From positions 6,126,598 through 6,190,597 of the forward strand of contig NC_057751.1 in the NCBI RefSeq assembly GCF_004010195.1: a stretch of 64,000 nt of DNA. The letters are read 5' to 3'. The stretch is from Chiloscyllium plagiosum. Lineage: Eukaryota. Positions 1 to 11,010 of the stretch are shown here, one piece after another. Every line of letters starts with the position of its first letter. Within the stretch, counting starts at the first letter, position 1. A program made the position numbers and the translations under genes. The notes under the pieces are model-generated. The model saw only the letters and a program-made list of their open reading frames with translations. It was not told where the DNA came from and ran no database searches.

Positions 1-1078
1 TTTTGCCCTCCTGATTTCCCTCTTAAGTATACTCCTACTTTCTTTATACTCTTCTAAGGATTCACTTGATCTATCCTGTCTATACCTGACATATGCTTCC
101 TTTTTTTTAACCAAACCCTCAATTTCTTTAGTCATCTAGCATTCCCTATACCTACCAGCCTTCCCTTTCACCCTGACAGGAATATACTTTCTCTGGATTC
201 TTGTTATCTCATTCCTGAAGGCTTCCCATTTTCCAATCATCCCTTTACCTGCGAACATCTGCCACCAATCAGCTTTTGAAAGTTCTTGCCTAATACGTCA
301 AAATTGGCCTTTCTCCAATTTAAAACTTCAACTTTTCGATCTGGTCTATCCTTTTCCATCACTATTTTAAGTCTAATAGAATTATGGTTGCTGGCCCCAA
401 AGTGCTCCCCCACTGACACCTGAGTCACCTGCCCTGCCTTATTTCCCAACAGTAAATCAAGTTTTGCACCTTCTCTAGTAGGTACATCGATGTACTGAAT
501 CAGAAAATTGTCTTGTACACACTGAAGAAATTCCTCTCCATCTAAACCCTTAACATTATGGCAGTCCCAGTCTATGTTTGGAAAGTTAAAAACCCTACCC
601 TATTATTCTTACAGATAGCTGAGATCTCCTGACAAGTTTGTTTCTCAATTTCCCTCTGACTATTAGGGGATCTATAATATAATCCCAATAAGGTGATCAT
701 CCCTTTCTTATTTCTCAGTTCCACCCAAATAACTTCCCTGGATGTATTTCCAGGAATATCCTCCCTCAGCACAGCTGTAATGCTATCCCTTATCAAAAAT
801 GCCACTCCCGCTCCTCTCCTGCTTCCCTTTCTATCCTTCCTGTAGCATTTGTATCCTGGAACATTCAGCTGCAAGTCCTGCCCATCCTTGAGCCATGCTT
901 CTGTAATTGCTATGATATCCCAGTCCCATGTTCCTAACATGCCCTGAATTCATCTGCCTTCCCTGTTAGGCTCCTTGCACTGAAATAAATGCGGTTTAAT
1001 TTGTTAGTCCTACCTTGTCCCTGCCTGCCCTGACTGTTTGACTCGCTTCTGTTCTCAACTGTACCAGTCTCAGATTGA
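1..1078 (-). mobile_element. CR1-clade LINE fragment, ORF2 N-terminal AP endonuclease region (frameshifted)
   Basis: ORFs 572..940 (WDIIAITEAWL...PGYKCYRKDR...GVAFLI...LGLYYRSPN) and 237..449 (VGEHFGASNHNSIR..., LNWRKANF) match CR1 APE motifs; runs off the window start. Confidence 0.9.
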
Positions 1079-1559
1079 TTTATTTGGACTTATATGGTCG
1101 TTGCAATTCAGTCAGCCTAACCTGAACTCCCATGTGGCAAAAGACATCCACTTTTATCTTGAACTCAGCATGAGCAACACCAAGAGCAAAGAAATAACAA
1201 TTATATTTGTGGTCCTTTCAGAGTACTTCTGAAGCTTCGATCGATCAGGCAACTCATTGTCAAGAACGTGGTGGAGTGACTGATTCCTTGAATAGCAAAG
1301 GAACCCTTAAGTCGCTGATGAAATGAAGATCTCTAGCAAAGTATTTGTGACAATTGCAACGGAAAGGTAAACTGAATTGGTTTCATTTCTTGTAACATAA
1401 TGTTGATTGCAATAAATGCACAACATTGACATTGGGAAGTGGTATGGAACAGCAGAAGATAGCACTACAAATCACAATTGATAAGCCAGATGTTGTTTGT
1501 TGCTATGCTTTGATGCATATTGAACAGGACGAATTGAAAGTTTTGAAAGTTCCTGTAGA

Positions 1560-2225
1560 AGATTCAGAAATTTGAAGCTCAAAGAGATTTAGTACTAGTT
1601 AATGATTCTCTTTAGGTTAATGTGCAGATTCAAATGGCAGCGAGGAAAGCAAATGCAATGTTAACATTAATTTCAAAAGCGCGAGAATACAAGAACAGGT
1701 ATGTACTGCTGAGGCTGTATGAGACTCTCGTCAGACCTCATTTGGAATATTGTGAGCTGTTTTGGGCCCTGTATCCAAGGAAGGAAATACTGGTCGGAGT
1801 AGGTTTACAAAAATGATCACAGGGATGAGGGGTTTTTCATGGACCAGTTGATGACTCTGGGTCATTACTTGATAGAATATAGAATATAGAAAATTGAAAG
1901 GGGGATCTCATTGAAACTGACAGAGTACTGAGACGCCTGGGGAGAATAAATGTGGAGAAGATGTTTCGACTTGTGGGGGAGATGAAAATCCAAGTGCACA
2001 GCCTCAGAGTGAAGGGACTGAGATGAGGAGAAATTTCTTCTGCAAGAGGGTGGATACTCAGTGGAACTCATTCCCTCAGTAGAATATGGAGACCGAGTCA
2101 TTGAGTGTATTTAAGACAGTGATAGGTTATTGATTAGTAAGGGGATAAAGGGTTATGGGGAGAAGGCAGGAGAATGGGGTTGAGAGACATATCAACCATG
2201 ATTGAATGGCAGTGCAGGCTATTTG
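1560..2225 (+). mobile_element. CR1-clade LINE 3' fragment (RT C-terminus + 3' UTR), decayed
   Basis: ORF 1622..1816 KANAML..I...EYK...LLRLYETLVRPHLEYC..FW; typical CR1 3' UTR 'aagggttatggggagaaggcaggagaatggggttgag'. Confidence 0.85.
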
Positions 2226-2788
2226 GGTTTGTGAATTTACTTATTGCTCTGTGCTAATTATGCGTAAAAGTGAAATCTCGCATTCCTCTTGCTTCATTGA
2301 CAGAGGGTGTTTTAAGTGGCATTGTCTCTTGATGGCAGTTTACTCTCTGTCTGACTTTCAAACTGCCTGACTCTTTTATCCCCCCAACATCAGATCGTCT
2401 CTTGGTTTGATGTTGGCAAAACAATAAATTCAAAATCAATTGCGTTTTAGTATCCTGCGGCATTATTTAAACTGGTTCAATTTGTATTGTTGTCAAAATA
2501 GCAACCAACTCAGTAATCTGTTTCACAGCCAATTGTTACACATTTTCAAATTTCCAGTACACTCTGAGACTTCCAGTTAGTCATTTGACAGGTGCTTGGA
2601 GATCCATAAGCTGCCTTGTTCTCTTGGACTACAACTTCTTTATCTTGCTACATTTGATATTCTTGGTTTCGTTGAGTTTTTTGTGAATACTTGCAGACTC
2701 CACTGAGGTCAGGAAAACATTAACTACGTTTCAGAAGCTTCTTAGTATGAGTTCCTCTTGTCACAAGCTGCAAGAAGGAGCAAGATCA

Positions 2789-2996
2789 TGCTTTCCTAGC
2801 TGCCATTTGAACCTGCATTCCTGAAGAAGGGCCTGTGCCCGAAACGTCGAATCTCCTGTTCCCTGGATGCTGCCTGACCTGCTGTGCTGTTCCAGCAATA
2901 AAGTTTCAACCTGCATGTTAACCTAAAGGGAATCATTAACTAGTACCAAATTCCTTTGAGCTTCAGATTTCTGAAGATTCTACAGGAACTTTCAAC
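2789..2996 (-). repeat. Inverted copy of 1543-1651 (CR1 5' junction plus flank), interrupted by a PLE-derived insert
   Basis: Reverse complement of 2911-2996 and 2789-2818 aligns to 1543-1651 (ttgaaagttcctgtagaa...tactagttaatgatt...caaatggcagc.aggaaagc). Confidence 0.8.
2819..2907 (+). mobile_element. Short Penelope-derived element with intact minimal hammerhead core; 9-bp TSD
   Basis: CTGAAGA-A-GGGC(CTGT)GCCC-GAAA-CG-TC at 2821-2848; TSD aacctgcat at 2810-2818 and 2908-2916. Confidence 0.8.
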
Positions 2997-4501
2997 AGGT
3001 TGTGATGATGCATACTGTGTTGCTGGTGCGTCACACAGTGAGACTTAATCAGTTAGACTGCACTTCTCCATCTACTTTGAAAACCTATGTGAAAATGTAT
3101 TCCTGACAAACTTTCTCTCAGTTGCAACTTTGCGTGCACTGCATATGCTACAACATCTACCAATGCATTTTGCTCCCTGAACATTTCTTCCTTAATGGAA
3201 CCTTGTTGAATGACTGCCTCATCTGAAATAGCAAAAGACATGATCTCATGCTGACTTAAACATGCATCCCTAAGAGATTTCAAATTTAAATTAAACATTC
3301 TCTAATAAAACGGCAGTTAACTGTTCAACTGGATTGCAATAACCAAGAATTGTTTGTCGTTAATAAAATACTGCAAAAGACTGCAGTCCAATTTAGAAGA
3401 AATAAATCAAGTTTGAAGAACTGATTTTTAGCTACTTAAATGCTCCATTGAGGATTGAGAATGGTTAGCATTAGATTCTCGGACTTGGAGCATTAATTGT
3501 TGGAGTTGGCTGGAGGTTTTGCTATTTTCGTTGAAAGCAAATTGCTGTTGTCTTGTGCACTTTTCAGGTGGTTTTGAATTTACTTATTGCTCTGTGCTAA
3601 TTATGCGTAAAAGTGAAATCTAGCATTCCTCTTGTGCTTCATTACTTTGGATCCAACAGAAGAGACAGACTGATTGGGTGTTAATTGGGTGTAACACTAT
3701 CCCTAGTTCCACTTGGTGCATCCCACCATAAACTCATTATAGGCGCATTCCCCTCACTTTGTGCTTTCCTGTTGAAATAGCTGGTAGCCTTAAAGAGATT
3801 TAGATAAATAAGGTTTTAATGTAATTAAAAGTTCAATTTTGTTTCAGTAGTGCTTCCTTGAGGATGATGTATTACATTCACAGTTTAAAAACTGTGTGTA
3901 GTTTATTTAATTCTGTGGATTGGAGTGGGAACTAGTTTAGCCTGCGGTTGGTGATAGTTGTTCTCCATTCATTACTGATGTGTTATCAGCATGTCTTAAT
4001 GGTCCATGCAGAGTTCAAAATTAACTTTTCGGGCCATGAGCACAATTTGATTACTGCTCATAAACCCAGCAGCGAATTTCATTTCAAATTGCAAAATAGA
4101 CTTAAGTACAAAATAGTTTTTATGCCCTAAAACTCTCATCCATTTTTTAATATGGCTTTTCGATTACACTTTTATTATTTTCTCCTGCGAATGTTGACTC
4201 CAAGCTTATGTAGTTGGCAGACATTGGTCAATAGACTTGCCCCACCTGTGACCTTGTGAGCTCTTGCAAAATCGTAACAGTCGGAAGTCATATCGCAAAA
4301 TAGAGTTAGCTCAAAAGCAATTCTTCAAGTCATCGTCACAAAGACATTTTTAGTGGTTCTGGCAATTTGGATCCCAAAACGTTTTTATCATCAAAATTCA
4401 GCATCACAATTTTGTATGTTAAAAAACAATGTTTCCTTGTGAATTCATGCAATTATTGATATGCGCCCAGCAAGTATGGATGTGCTGTGACGAACTCTGG
4501 G

Positions 4502-4745
4502 CAAATATTAACAATTTCCTACAAACTTCTGACAAGTACAGACAAGCTACAGGAGACCTGCTGAAAAAAACGTGACAGGTTTCCAGACACCTCCTGTAAA
4601 TATTGATGCCCTTGGATGCCCCAGCTAATATTTACAGACTCTGAGACTTCTCCAAACACCGACAGACTCCTGAGACCTCTTGCAGATATTGACACAGTCA
4701 TGGGGACTTGCTGCAAATATTAACAGACTCCTGGGATCTCTCGCA
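4502..4745. repeat. Degenerate ~30-bp minisatellite (~8 units, consensus approx. aaatattgacagactcctgagacctcctgc)
   Basis: Recurring aaatatt(a/g)acagactcctg(a/g)gac units visible by eye. Confidence 0.65.
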
Positions 4746-6279
4746 TAGCTTCTAAAGGAATTTAACATCGACAGAAAGGAAGTGATATTCAGCAATATTA
4801 AATAACTGAAAAACTCTGCACTGTGTTGAAAAACAGAAGAGACAGAGCGCAGAGAATTCTCAAGGTACCAATGGGAAGGATTTAACAGGATTTTCCTCTG
4901 GAGTTGCAGCGGGAGGCTGGAGGGATTGAAAAAATGACTGGGAAGGCATCAGAAAGAATACCTGACACCTCCCCACTGTTGTGAGATACTTCAAATGGGA
5001 AGAACAGCTGCCGAGCTCCAGTGCATGAAGTAAGAAAAGTTCTTTCTGCCCCAAGCTTCGAGGATGCCTTAACATGTGATCAACCTCCCTTTTCCCTGAA
5101 GTCTCAGCAGCGACCAGTTCTACCGGCTGCGTTGCTGGATCGCCAGCACAAGGACAGGTCCTTCAATATTCTGAGGAAAGCAGTCCCCAAAATTCTGAAT
5201 GCAGTCCCAGCATGGGGCATGTGCTCAGCACCACAATGTGGCAGTAATATTTCAGACAATGGGCCTGAACAGATAAGGGTCAGAAACTTCTAATGGGTAT
5301 CACTTGGATGTGATGACTCCAATCTGAAAACATGAGCTGTAAAAATATTAATTTGGCCAGATTGTTGGTTCTGATACCAAGTGGCAGCTTGCAAATCCAA
5401 CTGATGTGATAAGGACTGTGTTTTTCTCCCCCAGAGTGATTCAGAAAAACTGGTGCAATTTATTTAGAGTAAAAGCAGTGACTGTCACTGCAAAGTAAGT
5501 AAGATTTGACAAGTTTGGAACAGCTATTTGTGCACTGGTGACCACGACATTGTGGAATAGAGCTCTCAGTCGAGTGCCAATGTTGAAATTGAAGTTGCTC
5601 CAAAGCAGAAAGGGTTCATGGTTTGTGATTGATGCTGTTCACACTGTATTCACTTTGCTACTTACTGCCAACCCATCTTTGGCCAGCTTATTTTTATCAT
5701 TCTGGAATACTTTTCACAATTCCCTCCACCCAATCTTTGAAAGCCTCCTCAGAAGATAACCATGTGACCACACAAGTAGGCATTATTCTTTGCTTCCTTC
5801 TTATGATTACATAATCTCAAGCCCGAGAGTGATGTGTGAAATAGGAGGCATATACATGATAGCATACTTATTTATCCATCTCCCTACTGCAGTATTCTTT
5901 GCCTTTTCTCTGATTCTGAGTCTTGGGCCATGGACCTCCACTGGATTTGCCAGGCTTAGGGGCAAATTACTGCAGTGTCATTGTCTTCTATAGTGGAGCT
6001 GATGAACCGTCTTTCTGCTCATTGTACCTGACATCGATGTACTAGAAGGATTTACAGCAGTATTTACAAATGTCATCTTGCTGATCCCTTTTCAAGTTTT
6101 GAAAATGGTGGTTGGGGAAGGACATAGAGCTGTTCGAGAGAGTTGTTATAACTTGGTCAGAGCACCATGACAGCCATTTCTGCCTCAGAACTTGTGACAC
6201 AACCCCCACTTTGACATGAGGGCTGTAAGAAAACCTGTTTGGCTGATTTATGAATGTACTTTCTGTGACGAAGAGTTGC

Positions 6280-6600
6280 TAGCAGGGAGAGGTGGTAGCG
6301 TTGTGGTAATGTCACAGGCTGACATTCTGAAGACATGGGTGTGAAACCCAATGGGGGAGATGGTGTAATTCAAATAAAATAGAAGTTTGGAATAAAAAGC
6401 CAGCTGAATGATGACCATTGTCATCTGGTTCAATAATACCTTCTCAGGATGTAAATTTGCCATCCTCACCCAGTCTGGCCTCCACGTGACTCCAGACCAT
6501 CAGCAATGTGGTTGACTCTTGACTGCCCTCTCAGCAATTAAGGAAGGGCCAAAAACTTGGGGCTAGCCAGCAATGCTCACATGTTATGAACAAATACATT
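6280..6600 (+). mobile_element. tRNA-derived SINE, same family as 40020-40375
   Basis: Shared core 'gccatcctcacccagtctggcct..acgtgactccagac...cagcaatgtggttgactctt.actgccctct..gcaattaagg'. Confidence 0.75.
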
Positions 6601-6604
6601 TTAA

Positions 6605-7266
6605 AAAGCAAACATTGCTGGAGAAACTCAGCAGGCCGGGCAGTATCTGTGGAAAGAAAGGCTAGTTAACGTTTCGAATCTGGTGACTCTTCATCAGAAC
6701 TGTAGGCAACTAGAAATTGGTGGCATTTATACTGAAGCTGAACTTTTTTTTGGAGCCCAGAGGCAGAGAGAGATATGAAAGGGGTAGGTAAACAAGGAGA
6801 TTACGGGTGGTCAGCCAGGATGAAGAAAAGCTGCACAACTGATAATAAGAGCTAAGAGTGAAAAAAAACACAGGTAAGGTGTACTGAATGCAACACATAT
6901 AATGCTACAGTGGACTGAGGAGTATGTGAGAGTGGGTGACTGTGCTAAAAACAAACCATGCCACAACAGGACAGGGTGTGGAGTGGGTAAAAAACATGGA
7001 AGGCTGGAATCACGTTCATGACTATTGAACTCAGTGTTGAGTTCTAGAGCTGCAGGGTCCCCACAGGGAAAATGAGCTGTTCTTTGAGCTTGCGGTGCGG
7101 CTTACTGTAACACTGCAGCATGGCTGCGACAGAAATGTTGGCTAGGGAACTCGGTGTGTTGCAGTGGCAGGCAACTGACGCTTGAGTTCATTTTTGCAGA
7201 CAGACCAGAGTTGTTCCGAAAGCATTCATCAAGTCTGAGTTTTGTCTCCCTCATGTAGAGGAGACT
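6605..7266 (-). mobile_element. Penelope-like element 3' fragment: GIY-YIG C-terminal remnant, 3' UTR and hammerhead motif
   Basis: Reverse complement near 7200-7262 gives a decayed LY.GETK.RL...F-like segment; homologous to 21494-22100; hammerhead at 6664-6701. Confidence 0.75.
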
Positions 7267-7444
7267 ACTTCGCAAGGTCTTGCACTTGGATTTACTTGCC
7301 CTCAGGTAGGCATGCTCGTGGTGTACTTTGAGACCTCCTCATATTGTTGGCACTGTGAGACGAATGCAAAATTTATAGTAAGTCAGTCATGGTCATCTTC
7401 TGTGAGGCTGTAGAACAATGCAAATTGTGGAATATTTCATTTGT

Positions 7445-7798
7445 TTACGGTGTGACAGATGTACCACCCCAGTCAAACTCCCCACCTGCCACTGTCCCTG
7501 GAGCAGGTCACACCCGTCTGCCCGGGCGCTTCCGCCCAGAAGCGAGACCCCCTCAGGGCTTGCTTCCCCCCCTCACCGGGAAAGTGAAAAAACGAAAAGA
7601 GTAGTAGTATTTCACCGGCGGCCAAAGCCTCCCACTTATTCTACACCTCTCATGTCTCTTCACAGTGCCAGACTAGAGTTAAGTCAACAGGGTCTTCTTT
7701 CCCCACTAATTCTGCCAAGCCCATTCCCTTGGCTGTTGTTTCGCTAGATAGTAGGTAGAGACAGTGGGAATCTCGTTCATCCATTCATGCACATCACT
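7445..7798 (-). pseudogene. Dispersed 28S (LSU) rRNA fragment / pseudogene
   Basis: Reverse complement matches conserved 28S sequence (CATGAATGGATGAACGAGATTCCCACTGTC...GGGGAAAGAAGACCCTGTTGA...GAGAGGTGTAGAATAAGTGGGAGGC...CAGGTGGGGAGTTTGACTGGGG); isolated, with many CpG>TpG/CpA changes. Confidence 0.95.
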
Positions 7799-7914
7799 TT
7801 AGAATTGGTTCATTATTCCAATTAACCCCTTACATTATACTCACAATCAAATGGTCTCTCAGTGCTCTCCCTTGCTCTAAATGTATTTTCTTATCAACCT
7901 GTTCAGAGATGTCA

Positions 7915-8428
7915 TCAAGGTTTATGGATCATTGCGATTTCTTCTGGGGCAGGAAAGACCTGTTCGAAAGGATGAGTTTCACCAGTATTGGAAAGGGACC
8001 GATATCCTAGTGGGAAGATTTGCTAACTTTAATAAGGAGACTGTAAATTATTAGAGAGAGATGTTGAAGAGATCCTCAGTGGCAGAGTAGACAGAAAGAT
8101 AGATGAGAATGGTTTTGAATCTAAAAAGAACAAGTTAGTTCGGAAAAAACAGACAATAGCAAGTCAGAGAACGAAGTAACTGTGACGAATTGAACTGCAT
8201 TTATTTCAATGCAAGTGGTCTTACAGGTAAGGCTGATGAACCCAGGGCATGAGATTGGGACGTCATAGCTGTTATAGAAACTTGGCTATAGGACAGACAG
8301 GACTAGTAGCTCAACATGCTGGGTTTCAGATGCTATAGGATTGATAAAAAAAAGGCAAAAGAGGAGGGGAAGTGATATTTCTGATGAAGGAAAACATTAC
8401 TGCTATAACAAGAGAAGATATTTCTGAA
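7915..8428 (+). mobile_element. CR1 LINE fragment spanning ORF1 end / ORF2 start, decayed
   Basis: 'ttgaactgcatttatttcaatgcaagtggtcttacaggtaaggctgatgaa' = LNCIYFNASGLTGKADE, followed by WDVIAVIETWL; stops present. Confidence 0.8.
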
Positions 8429-9034
8429 AAATATTAGTTGTTATTATCTTTATATTATATTGGATATTCCCTCCTGTTGTTGTGATCAGCTGCCCCAAAT
8501 CATTGCCCAGAGTATATGAATCCTCATCCTGGCTACTTTTAAGCCAGGAGACTGAGTTTCAGGCCATTGGCTCCAAGTTTGAATATAATAATTTTCCTGA
8601 ATAGGTTGATTCTAAAATATTTACAAATCATTTCCTCAGCTTTTATTATCACTGGGCAAGGTCCATTTCTTTGCAAAGTGTGCTGATTGGTAAGCAAGCA
8701 TATAGCTGTGTGTTTGTTAACCCTGCAGTTTTACCAGAGGAGCCCTTGCTTCTTTTTTCCAAACAGATATTGCAGAAATATTCACTTTTCAGTTTCTGAA
8801 GTTTGTGCTTTATGACCAAGACTTTGAAAACGATGCCGACATTTTTGTCACATTTAAATCAATCCATACATCAAGCTTTTCACATCCTCCCCCAGATTGT
8901 TTCACAATTGCAAAAAATTAAATTTGGCCTTCAGAACGTGTTATAATAATCACGCACAGTTTATATATCCACTGACAAAAAAAGAACTCTGTTTAGCACA
9001 TCCATCACACTGAAGAGAAAGCATAAGAAATCTG

Positions 9035-9760
9035 GGGGCTGAATTTTAACCCCTTCAGCTCTGCTTTAGTGGTGAGATTGGGAACTCTGCTCTCAATAAG
9101 GAGACTGTAAACTATTAGAGAGAGAGGTTGAAGAGATCCTCAGTGGCAGAGTAGACAGAAAGATAGATGAGAATGGTTTTGAATCTAAAAAGAACAAGTT
9201 AGTTCGGAAAAAACAGACAATAGCAAGTCAGAGAACGAAGTAACTGTGACGAATTGAACTGCATTTATTTCAATGCAAGGGGTCTTACAGGTAAGGCTGA
9301 TGAACCAATACTCCAATAAACCAATCGCCATCCCACATATGGCCTTTCTGACTAAAAGGGCAGGATGATGTGCCAATTCCGCAAAGGTAAGGATTTCAAA
9401 CTGATAGAATTATGGCCATTCCTGGGGAAGCTCACCAGCACTTGGCTGTTCGAAGCTATTGCAATGAAAGAATTGGAGATAAGGGGCATCATGACTCTCC
9501 CCCACTTTCCAGCAGACTCCACTGGACGATCTGAGAGACAGCTGTGGTGAGCTCTCTCAAGGATGGGAGGAAGAGAAGAGCCTTTTCAACCACATGGGCG
9601 AGGCGGAAAGTTGAGGCTGGAAGTGAAAGGAAGTCAACAGCAAAATTGTGATGCCCTCTGACCTCAAAAGCGTACACTCAGAGGATGCAGGATCTCAGAT
9701 TGGCTTCACAGGCATGTTCCATGACCTTGCAAGTATAACACAATCTGTACAGTACATATC
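9035..9760 (+). mobile_element. PIF/Harbinger-like DNA transposon remnant (Myb/SANT-like ORF) carrying a 212-bp templated insert
   Basis: Starts gggctgaatttt (TIR-like); decayed peptides PHF..DS, DGRKR, EVNSK, MFHDL resemble the Myb-like segment at 60380-60600. Confidence 0.45.
9095..9306 (+). repeat. 212-bp near-identical duplicate of 8031-8242
   Basis: Direct comparison: 3 substitutions seen by eye over 212 bp. Confidence 0.95.
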
Positions 9761-10049
9761 AGGTCAAAACATTTTGCAGTTTCACTTATTCCTCTCCCTG
9801 AAGATATCTAACATCTTCAAATTTCCAGCCTGTGCTCACAATCAACCTTAGCCTCTTATTCTCTCAATCCTATGCCTTGTAGACAGCATGTTCAAATAGT
9901 TTACTTTCTTCCTGTGCTCACAAACCATTAGGAGCACCAACCTCTCACTGTTTACTCCAGTAAGATGTGACATTACTTACTTTTTTTCCTTTCTAAATAC
10001 CTGGCAATCTCTTGCTATCCATTTTTACATTCTTAGCGAACTTCTTTTC

Positions 10050-11010
10050 ATACACAAATTATTTCCTGATAATTAATCTTCTAGATTCTCTGTCATTCTT
10101 CATGTTCTGACTAAATATTTGACCTACTACTTAGCTTTGCACAATTATACGTTCTTTCGGTTTCATGGTTTTCTTAACTTCTTTGATGAATCACAAATGC
10201 TTAGTACTTTTTTTTTGGTAGGAATGTACTTATTCTGACTATTCTCAAATATCCCCTTAGCTGTCTGCCACTGCTTCTGTCTTGATTTGTCCCAGTTCAA
10301 CTTCAACTACCTCACCGTTCATGCCCACATAGTTGTCCTGATATAAGTTTAAAATAGTCATCTCAGACACGCTTCTCCTTTTCAAACTGAATGTAAGATT
10401 CAATCATTTCGTGCCTGCTGTTACCAAGGGGAGCCTTTCTCACAGATCATTCACTAAACCTGTCACGTTGCACAACATCAGGTCTGGCATAATCTGCTGT
10501 CTTGTTGGTTCCAGAATGTGCTTGTCTAAGAAACTATCTTGACAGTTTTCTATGAACTTCTCATCCATTAAAAATCTGCTTTTTCTTGTTTATGTATAGA
10601 TTAAAGTCACCCATTATTATTACTGCCTCTTTATGAATAACATCCAGTGTTTCTTTTTGTACTCTTCATCTTAGATTGTGATTACTGTTTGGAGTTTCGA
10701 GGGTTGCTGAGAAGGGACTTGTTTCATTTCCCAATCCTCAATTCCATTCAAACACATTCTTCAATATAATCTCCTGAATCATGATTACATCCAAGCCATC
10801 CTTGATTTACAGTACTACCCTTTCACCTTTACCTAGCTTTCTGTTCTTCTTCAATGTCACTTATCCTAAAGTATTCAGAATCCAATTCTTGTCATCACAC
10901 AGCCACATGTATATAACTGCAATGAAGTCAAGTTTCTTGAGTTCATCACGTGCAATCTGCTCGTTTACTTTGTTGTGAATGCTACGTGCATTCAAACATA
11001 AAGCTTGTCG
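10050..11010 (-). mobile_element. Old CR1 LINE fragment (endonuclease region), heavily decayed
   Basis: Ends with the reverse complement of the ORF2-start motif (tttgaatgcacgtagcattcacaacaaagtaaacgagc = LNARSIHNKVNE); collinear with 1-1078. Confidence 0.65.

Noticed and set aside
3053..3222. Minus-strand acceptor followed by an open frame (DEAVIQQGSIKEEMF...)
   Set aside because: No homology recognised and no partner exons identified.
4502..4745. CRISPR-like array
   Set aside because: Eukaryotic context; the units are degenerate tandem repeats with no unique spacers.
5435..5494. 60-nt segment bounded by a strong acceptor and a gtaagt donor
   Set aside because: Only one open frame, the peptide is unrecognised, and such pairs arise by chance in 64 kb; needs RNA-seq.
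7389..7747. ORFs 7389..7604 and 7418..7747
   Set aside because: Spurious frames antisense to the 28S rRNA fragment.
7445..7798. Functional rRNA gene or rDNA array
   Set aside because: Only ~350 bp, CpG-decayed, with no flanking rDNA.
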